Source: Takakia lepidozioides (taxonomy: Eukaryota; Plantae; Bryophyta). Taken from it: 64,000 bases of DNA. A program made the translations under genes and the position numbers. Shown here in pieces: positions 12,026-22,814 of this stretch (within the stretch, counting starts at the first letter, position 1; every line of letters begins with the position of its first letter). The stretch covers positions 57,226,001-57,290,000 of the forward strand of contig CM060733.1 in NCBI GenBank assembly GCA_030704615.1. The letters run 5' to 3'. The notes under the pieces were generated by a model. The model did not search any database, was not told the origin of the DNA, and worked only from the letters and a program-made list of their open reading frames with translations.

Positions 12026-12692
12026 GGTCGTGTTTGTGACATCTCCCATGGATGCTGAAGACGAGTTGTGCTCAAAAACGGAGTGTGCCCTTGTACAATC
12101 GACCACCTTAGCAACCAGTCCTAACAAAGATGGTATTTATGAAGGGTTGTATGGTGAAGAGAAGCATGAATTGAAGAGAGAAGATGTTGCAGAGGAAGGC
12201 GATAATCAAGGAGGTTCTCCAAAGAATTCAATGCATTTGGCGTTCCCTGACAGCGATGAGGTTGTAATAGATGGAGTACTCAGTCAGAGCAAGGGAGTGA
12301 GGGTGTAGGGATATGTCAAGAGACCAGCGCGCATTTGGACACTAGGAGATGCAGAAGTGAGGTTGATGAGGTCAAAGAGATGGACATGAACAGGAAGGAA
12401 ACCAGGTAGAGGATGAGGTTGGGCGCTCCCTATCCTATGATACATGGGCAGCAAGTCAAAAAAATATTTACTTTGATGCAATGACAAATGAGGAGGATGA
12501 AGGGGAAGGGCAAGTTAATTCTTCAGGCGATGACAACGATGATCTGAATCCGAACTAGGGTAAGAGTAGTCCGATTGGTATTCCAGGGGCACACTCAAGT
12601 TCAGACACCCTGTTCACAGTGGTCAAGGATGAGGGCACCCTCTGGCCTCTCTCAGAATCATTGCCAGATGTAAGGTACCCATCTGCGAGTAG

Positions 12693-12810
12693 GCAAGTGG
12701 GGCATTGTTTGGCTTCACGGCTTATGTACTTCATATTGAGAACTTCATTTATCAACTCCTGCTCCTTCCTCCGTTGCTCATCTCCTACATGGCGCCCCTT
12801 TTGACGCCCC
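12693..12810 (-). pseudogene. Captured exon fragment of an RBR E3 ligase (RNF14-like, linker before RING2)
   Basis: ttgcag acceptor, then GRQKGRHVGDEQRRKEQELINEVLNMKYISREAKQCPTC, resembling plant RNF14-type RBR ligases (from memory). Confidence 0.7.
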
Positions 12811-13097
12811 TGCAAATCGTTTTCATCTTTAAACAAGTGGCAAGTCGCACGGCTCCTCTTCTATGTTCACTTTCCCATCCATTTTTTCTTCATAAGTTAT
12901 TGTAAGGTGTGTTATTTGGGGAAGGTACAACAGGATCAAACCGGTTTTGGCAATGCTGAGTAGCCAATAAATATTAAGAAGGTAGCAGGCTTGTAACGAG
13001 TACATCTAAAGACCACGTCGGATCCACCTAGGATGGAGCCAGGCAGGCCCTAAGGACAATGTTCAGACTAGTTTGAGTCGCTCAGTGGGTTCAGAGC

Positions 13098-14597
13098 CAA
13101 CTGGAAGCTGCAGCAGTAGCAGCACAATTGATAGAACAAGACACTGCTAATGAAGGCACCTTCTTCAACACATTTCACCCTGTTTTTCCCTCTTATCAGT
13201 AGCGGCTCTAAATTTTCATGTTGAATTCTACAAGTTAGCTGGTGGAGTAAACCTTTGTAGTTTGGAGTGACTTTGACATGATAAGTATTGCCAATGTGAC
13301 AACAGGAAAGAATCCAGAAAGAGATAACGGAGACCACAAGAAGCTGTGGAATGAATACTTTTCTGACCCTAGTCAACGGTGGGACAATCAAGGCAAAAAG
13401 GTGAATGCCTGTTGGATTACAGAGAGTAGAAGATGCAATTGAGCATAGGAACTAGTGTGATAAGTTGAGTTGCCTAGGTGTTTCCTAGAACAATTTGAGG
13501 CTTTCATTGTCAGCTGCTAGCAGCAAGACAAAGGTGAATGCATGATTTGGGCAGAGGCATGGATAGCTGAAGGAGCAGGGATAGAGTGTGGGTCCAGATT
13601 CATCGAAGAGGGCCGGACTTCAAGCTCCAGATTACCTACGATTCCCTGTGGATCAATAGCTACTAGCAACCTGCATGGGTAGATGGTCAACTGGAAGCTG
13701 CAGTAGCAGCGGCGGAATTGATAAAATCAAGCACTGCTAATGAAGTCACCTTCTTCAACACATTTCACCTTGTTTTTCCTTCTTATCATAATCGACCCTA
13801 AGTTTCCATGTTGAATTCTGCAAGTTAGCTGGTTGAGTGAACCTTTGATAGTTTGGAGTGACGTTGACATGATACTGCCAATGTGACCACAAGAAAGTAT
13901 CTAGAAACAGGTAACAGAGATGAGGAGAAGCTGTGGAATGCATACTTTTCTTACCCATTCAATGGTGGGACAATCGAGGCAAGAAGGTGAATGTCTGTTT
14001 GATTTTAGAGAGTATCAAATGCAATTGAGCATAGGAACAAGTGTGATAAGTTGAGTTGGGTGTTTCCTAGAACAAATCTAGGCTGTCATCGTCAGCTGCT
14101 AGCAGTAAGGCAAGGATGTATGCATGATTTGTGCATAGGCATGGATAGCTAAAGGAGCAGGGATAGAGTGTGGGCCCAGATTCATCCAAGAGGGCCAAAA
14201 AGAGGTCCATGGTGACATCGTCAAAGCTGGAATTGTACCGGATGTCATTCTAAACACTGCCCTGGTGGACGTATGCCAAATGTGGGTGCATTAAGGATGC
14301 GAAGGGAGTTTTCAACACTATGGCTGAACGAGATGTGGTGTCATGGAACCCGATGCTTGCAGGGTATGCACAGCAGGGACGTGGTATAAAGGCTTTGGAG
14401 ACCTATGATCAAATGATGGGGGAAGGGGTGAAGCCCAACCACATCATGTTTTTGTGCATTTGCAATGCATGTGGAAGTCTGGCAGCTCTGGAAAAGGGCA
14501 CAGAAGTCCATGGCAACATTGTCAGAGCTGGAATTTTACCAAATGTCATTATGAACAATACCCTTGTAGACATGTACATGCAAAATGTGGGTGCATC
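13098..14597 (+). pseudogene. Scrambled PDF/PPR fragments inside the CACTA (block 2: two ~590-bp PDF units, then one PLS triplet)
   Basis: Tandem units 13098-13690 and 13688-14196 keep the intron. Then [22 protein letters not shown]...[11 protein letters not shown]. Confidence 0.85.
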
Positions 14598-15049
14598 CTA
14601 TCCTGCTGATTTGTTGTTGTGCTGGAACAGTAGCAAACGTAGAAAGACATATGCATTTTACATCTGTTGCTATCTTCAGTGCATATGTAGTGTCCTTTGC
14701 ACTTTGTCAGACTATTGTTTGCAGAGGAGCCAGATTTTGGGACTCCGGTGCTATATTGTAAATTTGACTGGCAACAGTTTAAGAGTCTTACATCTACTGT
14801 TGTCTTTAAGTGCCTATGTTTTGTCCTTTGCACTTGCTGACTTTGTTCTTTCATGTGATTCTTGTTGTAAATAAAGCATTCATTTGCAGAATCATTTTTT
14901 GTCTCTTTGTTCTTCCCTTTGTTCTTCTCTTTGTTTAATATTGAATAATACTAACCCTAATATCTACTAACCCTAACGAGATAAACATAGTCGTGATTCT
15001 GACTGTCCAATACATTTAAAAGTTCAAAACAACCCCTCGTATGACACCA

Positions 15050-15245
15050 TGTGTCCACATATCAGCATGTCATAGTCAGGATCATGACTGCAAGACCTCC
15101 TCAATACATGCCACGTGTCTACATATTAAGATGTTTGTAGTCAGGACAATGACCATAAGACCTCTCATTATATGCCACGTGTCCAGATATTAGCATGGTT
15201 GTAGTTAGGATGATGACTGCAGATCCTCCTCATGGTTATGCCACA
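15050..15245 (+). repeat. About 3 x 65-bp subterminal tandem repeat of the CACTA element
   Basis: Recurring ccacgtgtc.acatatt...tagtcagga..atgac...gacctc units. Confidence 0.7.
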
Positions 15246-15545
15246 TGGCAGTTTCGGGAGACGCCATATGGCGCACATCCACAAAACCTCCTGGACTTAT
15301 TAAAAAGACACGTGTACAGTTTGCAGCAGCACACTAAGTCATGTATGGTAGAAGTACATATGACTACCACATGACAGTGAGATGTATCACTCGGTTCATC
15401 TGACTGCAGTCATCCATGACCGACCATACTGTACTCATTGTATTCACTTGGTTTGCACGACTTAAAGTCATTGCAGTCATATGTACCGTTTATGACTACG
15501 AGATAGTCATATATACAATCATATATATCGCGATCTGTTGTAGTG

Positions 15546-17380
15546 TGCGTTCTACTTAAGGCATCGGCCACCACATTGTCCCGTCCCGGTTTGTACTGGA
15601 TATCCACGTCGAACACCGCCAAAGTGTCTTGCCACCTAAGTTATTTTGGGGACAACTTAGGCTGCATGGCAAAATACTTCACTGTGACATTATCCGTGAA
15701 CACCTTCACCGGGTTGGAACCAACATAGTGGCGCCATAGCTCAAGGCAATGCACCACCGCCTTCATTTCTTTTTCGTGCGTAGGCCATCGTCGCTCCACT
15801 TCATTCAGTTTCTTACTTTCGTAAGCCACTGGACGTCCATCCTGCATGAGCACACCCCCAATTGCGAAGTCCGACGCATCTGTATGAATCTCAAATGGAC
15901 GGTCGAACTCCGGGATTTTCAAGACTGGAGCTTCCGCCATCCGTTGCTTCAACTCGGCAAAAGCTTGGCCACAAAAGGTGTTCCATACCCATACCTTGGA
16001 CTTACACAGAAGGTCTGACAGCGGCCCCGCGATCTTGGCGAAATTTCTCACATACTTTCGGTAATAGGAGGCGAGTCCTAGGAAGGATCGCACTCCCGGG
16101 ACCGAAGTCGGAGGCTTCCAGTCCAAGATCGCCCTCATCTTCCTGTCATCCTTTTTGATCTTATCCTGTGTAATCACATGCCCTAGGAACTTCACTTTTG
16201 TGACCCCGAATTCTCACTTTAAAGCTTTGGCATACAACTTCCATTCCCCCAATTTCTGGAACACCTTTTTGAGGTGCTCCAGGTGTTCTTTGTTTGTTTT
16301 CGAGTACACCAAGATGTCGTCGATGTACACAATCACAAAGTCATCCAACCACTCCTGGAAAAGGCTGTTCATTAGTGTGCTAAAGGTCGCGGTGCGTTGG
16401 TGAGCCCAAAAGGCATCACCAAGAACTCATATGAACCATATCTTGTCCTGCACGCGGTCTTCTCCTCATCTCCTTCCACACTCGGATTTGATGGTAGCCG
16501 GAGCGCAAATCGATCCGGCTGAAATACTTCGCTCCTGCCAACCGATCGAAGAGGTCGTCGATCCTTGTCAAAGGATACCGGTTTTTTATAGTCACCTTAT
16601 TCAGAGCCCTATAATCGACACATCCGCAGCGTCCTATCCTTCTTGTCTGCGAATAGCACCGGGGCTTCGTAGGATGACTTACTCGGCCGGATGTACCCCT
16701 TTGACATTAGATCCTTGAGCTGAACCTCTTCAGCTCGACCAACTCTCTGTGGGCTCAACCGGTAGGGCGCCTTGGCAGGCGGCTCCGATCCCGGTATCAC
16801 CTCAATCTTGTGTCAACTCCTCTTCGCGTGGCAAGCCGCTTGGTAAATCCTCCGGCATCACATCCTTGTATTTCTCCAAAATCCCCTTGATCTAATCTGG
16901 GCTCGGCTCCCTATCGCCTTCTCCCTTCACTTGTCTTACGTAAAGCAAAAACTGGGGCTCGTGTGGCTCCTCCACGGCCCACTTCTTTGCTGACAGCAGG
17001 TTTATTCGCCATCCCACTGGGTTACACTTGTAAAACTTCGCCACCATTCCCACACGGTAGCGTGACTATTCTCTTGCGGCCATCTATAACCGCTCCGGAT
17101 TTGCTCAAAAAGTCATCCCCAAAATGAGATCCACTCCATCGATCCCGCAAATGGTGAAGTTCTCACGTCCCTCCCAACTCCCGAGCTGAAGAGGAACATC
17201 GAACGCCAACCTTGTCGCCAATTGTGGTTCCCCTTTAGCAGAAAACACCTCAATAGAGGCCCCCACATCACTTGTCGGGAGTCCCAGCTTTCGTGCCGTT
17301 GCCGGTGTCATGAAAAAGTGCGACGCTCCTGTGTCACAACGACACGTTAGTTCTGGAAATTATCCCTCTCACGAACATTA
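15546..17380 (-). pseudogene. Gypsy pol: protease, RT and RNase H, with frameshifts and stops
   Basis: DTGASHFFMTP; PPAKAPYRLS; [16 protein letters not shown]; IVYIDDILVYS; FLGLASYYRKYV; HTDASDFAIG. Confidence 0.92.
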
Positions 17381-17381
17381 A

Positions 17382-18602
17382 TTAACTCCCTTTACGCAGG
17401 GCGCTAGTCTCCTGATACAACTCACAAGAGTAGTTGCCTACCTTGCAAGTCTTGGCGACCACCGCTTCCACCAAGCGGCTGATGGACTCTTCGGACAGCT
17501 CCGTGGATGCTCGAGTCATGTTCAATTGTCGGGGTTTCGCGCACTTCTTGGCCATGTGTCCGGGCTCCCCGCAATTAAAGCACACTTCATCGAAGGTTGC
17601 CTTCTGTCCGCCATAAGCCACCGCACCTGGTTTTCCTTTCGGAGCACCGGGTGTCGCATTGACGTGTGAAGGCCCTCCCTTCGATTTCCACGTGCCATTG
17701 TCGCCGCATGGCTTATCCCATTTCTTTACCGGTCGGAAGGAGTCACCCTCCCGCTGGGTCTTTTTGTGGTTCAGCTCCGTACGGCCTTGTCTTTCACCCC
17801 TAGGGACATCCGAGAAACATTCAGCCCTTTCAATTGCCTCGTTCAAAGTCTTAGGTGGCTTCTCCTCCAACTTCCGCCTGGCCCATGGGGCCAGCCCCAC
17901 CACAAAATTGAAGACCATTTCTGGTTTTGCCATGTCCGCGACTTCGAGCAATAGCACATTGAAAGCCTGAACATATCCCTGAATGTCATCCGTTTGCTTC
18001 AAATTCCTCATCTTGTCCCGGACGAGCCAAGACGCGTTGAGGGGCACAAACTGTCTCTTCATAAGTTCCTTGAACCAACTCCAGCTCAAGGTTTCTGGGT
18101 TTGGACCTTGGTCGTGAAGACGTTTCTGCCACCATTGTTGAGCATAGCCCCTCAAATAGGTGGGAGCCACTTCCACGCGATCCTCGTTACCCAACTTGGC
18201 CGCCCGGAAGTACTGCTCTAGCTCCAAGAGCCAGGTGTTGAGTGCCTTCCGATTTCGGATGCCCTCGAAGGTGCCGGGTTCCTTAGGCTTCACCTTAAAC
18301 TTTGCCTTAGTGGAAGTGACATTAGCCGCCTTCAACACGTCTTTCAACGTCCCGCCAAACTGCGCCAACAACCCTTCCCAAAAGGTTGCTGGCATGGGAG
18401 GCATCTGTTGGTCTGGCGGAGCCTCCGGGAAGTCCTCGGGCTCTGACTCCCCAGATTCCTCCCGTTCTTGAGTGGTCTTGCTTTCAAAAGCATGAATCGC
18501 CTCCTCAAATTGCCGCTTCGGTGACACGTCGCCCCTATCGGGCTCACCAGGATCATCATCTTTCGGGCCGTTCCGCTTTCGCTTTGGCTTGCCCGACCCC
18601 AT
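17382..18602 (-). CDS. Gypsy Gag (capsid domain + CCHC zinc knuckle), open frame
   Basis: Long open ORF with KPKEPGTFEG...WLLELEQYF...YLRGYAQQWW...LKQTDDIQGYVQAF and CFNCGEPGHMAKKC. Confidence 0.9.
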   Translation of the reverse strand: MGSGKPKRKRNGPKDDDPGEPDRGDVSPKRQFEEAIHAFESKTTQEREESGESEPEDFPEAPPDQQMPPMPATFWEGLLAQFGGTLKDVLKAANVTSTKAKFKVKPKEPGTFEGIRNRKALNTWLLELEQYFRAAKLGNEDRVEVAPTYLRGYAQQWWQKRLHDQGPNPETLSWSWFKELMKRQFVPLNASWLVRDKMRNLKQTDDIQGYVQAFNVLLLEVADMAKPEMVFNFVVGLAPWARRKLEEKPPKTLNEAIERAECFSDVPRGERQGRTELNHKKTQREGDSFRPVKKWDKPCGDNGTWKSKGGPSHVNATPGAPKGKPGAVAYGGQKATFDEVCFNCGEPGHMAKKCAKPRQLNMTRASTELSEESISRLVEAVVAKTCKVGNYSCELYQETSALRKGS

Positions 18603-18643
18603 GATGAGGCTAATCTCAAGGACGATCGCGTACTGAACTCTAA

Positions 18644-18655
18644 GCTCTGATACCA
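18644..18655 (-). promoter_or_regulatory. Primer-binding site complementary to initiator tRNA-Met
   Basis: Minus strand reads TGGTATCAGAGC immediately after the LTR end ...CA. Confidence 0.9.
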
Positions 18656-18657
18656 AG

Positions 18658-19385
18658 TGTCGCGTACCTCTCTTCGGTAAGCTCCCCTTTAAGTCATAGT
18701 TACTCGCTTTGATGCGCGCGCCTAACTCCTAAACTGGCCGTCGGGCCAACTCGGAGCTTCGGCTGCTCACCAGGACATAATGGTCCCCCTTTACTCCTCC
18801 ACGAGACCCTCTCTCAATTTGGGCCAAGTGGAAATTCTTTTTGGTTGATGGCAGTCCAGAACAACTCCCCACACCTTGGTCGCTTTCCGGCTCGCACGCT
18901 TACTCACTAGTTTTTGGTCACCAACGGGCTTGCACCGTTCTCGGGGTTACTACTCCATATATATACTTCTGTGATTGTCTGCGGGGGTTTCACAAACAAC
19001 CCTGCCATTTTATGGCGAACCACCACGAAAATCCTCAACTCCCGGTGATGAGTCGCGGTGAGTCTTGGCCCACCTACCACGGCCCCATTGGGCCGTGATG
19101 AGTCCCAAGACTCCCCACGACTCCCACCACAAGGTTTCCGCCCCATGGTGAGTTCTACGCCACCCCCACTAAGACCCACTAAGCTATAACCACCACCCCT
19201 CGTGGAACCACCCCCACCGCAACCCGGTGTGCGGGGCTCCACTTAGTGAGCGCCTCCGCCTCCTTGAGTGCCTTGGGCACTCAAGGGTGCTTCAGCCCCC
19301 GCATCTATTGTTGCCACTGCCCCCACCACAGGGGCAGCCCCTCTTGTATCCCGACCCCCTGCCCTCAAGGCAAAAGGCCGCGATA
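18658..19385 (-). repeat. 5' LTR of the Gypsy element
   Basis: Ends 2 nt before the PBS. Terminal inverted repeat tgtcgcg (18658) / cgcgata (19379-19385, one mismatch). The methyltransferase remnant resumes at 19386. No second LTR is visible in the window. Confidence 0.7.
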
Positions 19386-20205
19386 CGCACCCTCTGTGGT
19401 TGCCTCCCTTGGTCCAAAATGCCCTCAACTGTGAGATTGGGTGGCCGTTGAATGGAATCATATGCTCTCTTGAGCAGCTCTGGTGGTGCAAGATTGGTCC
19501 ACCACAATCGAGGTCGATGCGCTCGTGATCCCACCACTGCTGCATCCAATAGCACTGCCGATCCATTCCACTGTGGGGTACGGTTGGGAATTTTCAGCGA
19601 GTAACAGGCGAGAGTGTGCACCAAGCATGGCAGGAGGCCTTTCCATTGATGGGTGAGGGGAGTTCAGTGACATCACCTGGACCTCCTCAGTTAGCTCTTT
19701 TGGACACACTGCCCATTACCTGGCAACCACCTGACTCAGGGATTTGTTTGCTAGACCTGTTTGGAGGCATGAGCACCGGGCTTGCAGGAGTGTTGCAAGC
19801 TAAAGTACGAAAGTACTTGTATGTGGAGAATGATGAGATAGCTCGGCGTATTTCTATGCGCCACGTTGCCTTGCTCACACACCAGTATCCTGAGTTGCTG
19901 TCTTTCTCAGCAATTCAAGGGAACCAAAAGGCCTTGCCAACAGACGTTACTTTGTTGGGGGCGGATGATTTGGGCCAGCATGGTGCAATTGACTTGGTGA
20001 TAGCTGGATGGCCTTGCCAATGACACTCTCCCGCAAGTCATGGGAATGGCTTGCATGATGCACGATCGCATTTGTTTTGGAGATGTTGAGAGTGTTGCGT
20101 GACTTGCAGACGAGGCAAGTGCAACCTCTAGCCTATATCTTGGAGAATGTTCCTCTTATGGGGGACTTTCGGGCCAGGGTTATGGCCAGTGTGCATCAGG
20201 TGCGG
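19386..20205. pseudogene. C5 cytosine DNA methyltransferase (Dcm-like, TE-associated type) remnant in two oppositely oriented pieces
   Basis: Plus strand 19690-20205: motif I LLDLFGG, motif IV DLVIAGWPCQ* (stop at 20021), motif VI YILENV. Minus strand 19570-19386: LLDAAVVGSRAHRPRLWWTNL (motif VIII). Confidence 0.85.
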
Positions 20206-20229
20206 TCTTGCTGTTGGTCGTACCCGACA

Positions 20230-21137
20230 AAAGATATGAACTCTCAACCTGATCCCACCTTACCTCTACACATCTGGCTTGCAGCAAACAACTTTATCTG
20301 GATCTTAGGAAGGCCGCTGGCAGACCTGCAATTTGACCCTAAGGAGTGGATATGGTCCTTTGGCCGATCCCGATTCCTCTTCTTCAACTACTCAGCCAAA
20401 AAAAGCCCGCAGAACACTGGCCAAACTTAACCCCCTCTACTCCAAGTGGAAATGTTAAATGGCAGGACTATGGCTTTGCCAATGAAAACTAGAAAACAAT
20501 TTGGAGCAACATCTGGAGCAAGACCAAATATGCAAAAATGTCTGCATTCCTATGACAAATTGCGAATAGAGTGCTCAAGGTGGGAGAATGGCTTCAATTC
20601 CAGGACGCTCTTTTATGCTCATGCTGCTCCATAGGAGTGCTAGAATCTTTAGAACACTGCCTCCTCTTGTGCCACGGCCCAGAATCAATCTGGAGAATCA
20701 TAAAAGATTTTTACACCATTTGGGATACCCAACCATAGACGCCACCCAGATTACTTTTAAACTATGACACCTCTTCCAAATCGAAATCCATTGATTGGCA
20801 AGTCTTTGAAAGCCTCTGGGTTTCTACACTATGGCAACTATGGAGAGTATGCTGCTCCTAGTCACTCTCTGGTGAAACTCTGTCACTATCTGCAGTATTA
20901 GCTCGCATATTCTGGGATTTGCAGATTGATGCTAGAAATGCATGGGTGAAACTATGTGCAGAAATGGACAAATACCCTCAACAAGCAGCCAACCTGCATG
21001 CAGACTTCAGATCGTCATGGGGCAGACAAGGGCACATCTGCACTACCACTTCACCAAGCGAATGCAACTGGGCTGCCAGCCCACCAGTCGCATGGAGGGG
21101 ACTCAGGACGCCCATCCACACTCTCCCCCAAATTTGA
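20230..21137 (+). mobile_element. LINE ORF2 C-terminal remnant (zf-RVT-like region)
   Basis: Frame-broken IW...KMSAFL*QIANRVLKVGEW...CSCC...ESLEHCLLLC...W...LWQLWR pattern. Confidence 0.6.
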
Positions 21138-22814
21138 CAGAGACATTAACTAGTGCCACATCAAGTCAGCTGCGAGACTCAAGTTCCGTTGACATTCCAA
21201 GAGCAGATCGATAGCAATAGAGTAGTAGTCATCATCAAGTTCTTCGCTAGGACTCTACCTCTGCTGGCAAAACCTACACATGCTCTTAGACTGCTGCTTG
21301 CTAGAAGCTCCCTGAGTGAGCTACTCAAAAAACTACTCAGCACTACATTAGGCATAATGCCCTAATTTTTTGGAATTCTCCAATAGGAGGTCGGTTTGTC
21401 CTTCACTGTCTACGGTGTGTATGCCTTCATGGTACTTTTAGGGGTTTTACTTTTTTCCCCACCAAAAATAAACATAAATAAAGCTTCCAGGGCAAAGTCC
21501 CCTGTTTTTAATGAAAAAAATAAAATAAAAATAAAATCCTGTGCTTGACTGTTCAGCGCCTTCGGAAGAGGGACGTTGTGACAGTTCAGCCTCGCCCTTG
21601 TAAATGAGTTGGTGGGGTTCATTACCCAGACACATGGCACAAGTCTTCAGCGTCGTTTCGACAGCAACTATGACCCCGGGAAATTCATGAGGTTACCTAA
21701 GTATGCTGAATTCAACAACAATTGTTCCACCTTTTTCAAGGTAGCAACAGATCCCCATGTAAACTCACCCCTGACATTATGTCATTTGTTTACTACAATG
21801 ATGAAAATGAGAAATGGTATGTTCCCTAAACTTTTCATTTTAGTTGATTATTTTGAAGTTAGGTTATATCTAAAAACTTTGAGACTTGTTAGTTTTCAAT
21901 GTGCATTTTCAGGATTGGTTCATTTTTCTGATCCAGAGGATTGTGTGAAGAAGCTCAAGAGCTTCAAGAGAATTTTTTTGGATTTGTTGGAGAAGTGCAA
22001 ATCTGAAGTATTCTTTTGTATTGAGAATCTCGACCATATCTTGCACAACTTTATTGGGCCACACCAGTTGCAACATTTGGCTTCACAATGCATTCTCCGG
22101 CTTGGTGCCTCATTGGGATGGAAGTGGACAATGTGAGAGGTGCCTACTCTTTATTTTTGCAAGGTTTTGTTAAAAAAAATCCCCCTTAATTAATTATTGA
22201 TTAATTTTTTGGTGTAGGGTTTGAAAAGTTTCTGAAGGGGTGCAAGCCTTTGAAAGTCAACCGGCCAGCTTCACTATCCATTCCGGTTTATGTGAGAAAA
22301 GTACGTGAGATGATAGAGGCCAGTTTGAAGAAGGGTCCTACGTGGTCTTTGGACGATAAAGACATCCGACATTTGTGTCACGCATGGGTTATTCCCTCCT
22401 AGTGCTCTTCGAATGTCCTTGAATATTCTTTTCTCTGCAGTAAGAGGGATCACATGTATTTCCAACAAGGGACTTTGGTCCAATAATGGAGACTTGGTTG
22501 CACATCTTAAACTGCACACAACTCACTTGATATTCATTCGTTCTTTTGCAGTCACCCTTTTGAAATTCAGCCAGTCCCCTGTTCTGTGACAAGCCAGGCC
22601 CCCTTCTCTCTTTGCTCCCATGCGTGTCTTCGGCTCTTCTCCATTTTCTGCTTTGTTCACAATGGGTGGCTCTTCCAAGTGATTCTCAATTTCTACATAA
22701 CTTGGATTAAGCTTTGACCTGGTGTATAGTGATGCACACTGCTTTTCGTGTGTTCACAGAAGAGCTTCTCCTATGAATAGTTGGGGTGCTAGGACCATCC
22801 TTGACAGGGCTCCC

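Larger units (their letters stand above)
8700..15545. mobile_element. Non-autonomous CACTA (En/Spm) element carrying captured gene fragments (Pack-CACTA), 6846 bp
   Basis: Left end CACTACAACATATCGC (8700). Right end GCGATCTGTTGTAGTG (15545). 3-bp TSD TGC (8697-8699, 15546-15548). Subterminal catgac/gtcatg repeats at both ends. Removing it restores the Gypsy frame DALSRT|QQLMLVYGG. No transposase visible. Confidence 0.93.
8117..19385 (-). mobile_element. Ty3/Gypsy LTR retrotransposon, degenerate, 3'-truncated, interrupted by the CACTA element at 8700-15545
   Basis: Minus-strand order: LTR, PBS, gag (zf-CCHC CFNCGEPGHMAKKC), protease (DTGAS ~17330), RT (YIDD ~16320), RNase H (HTDASDFAIGGVL...DNVVADALSR), integrase (HHCC: CHDDPLAGHGG...CTTCQ; MDFM...VVVDRFSK). 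PR-RT-RH-INT order is diagnostic of Gypsy. Confidence 0.95.

Noticed and set aside
14951-14976. taaccctaa telomere-like motifs
   Set aside because: Only two copies, inside the CACTA subterminal region; not an array.
21609-22136. 175-aa ORF
   Set aside because: AT-rich, appears to run through intron-like sequence, no recognisable domain; possibly TE exons.
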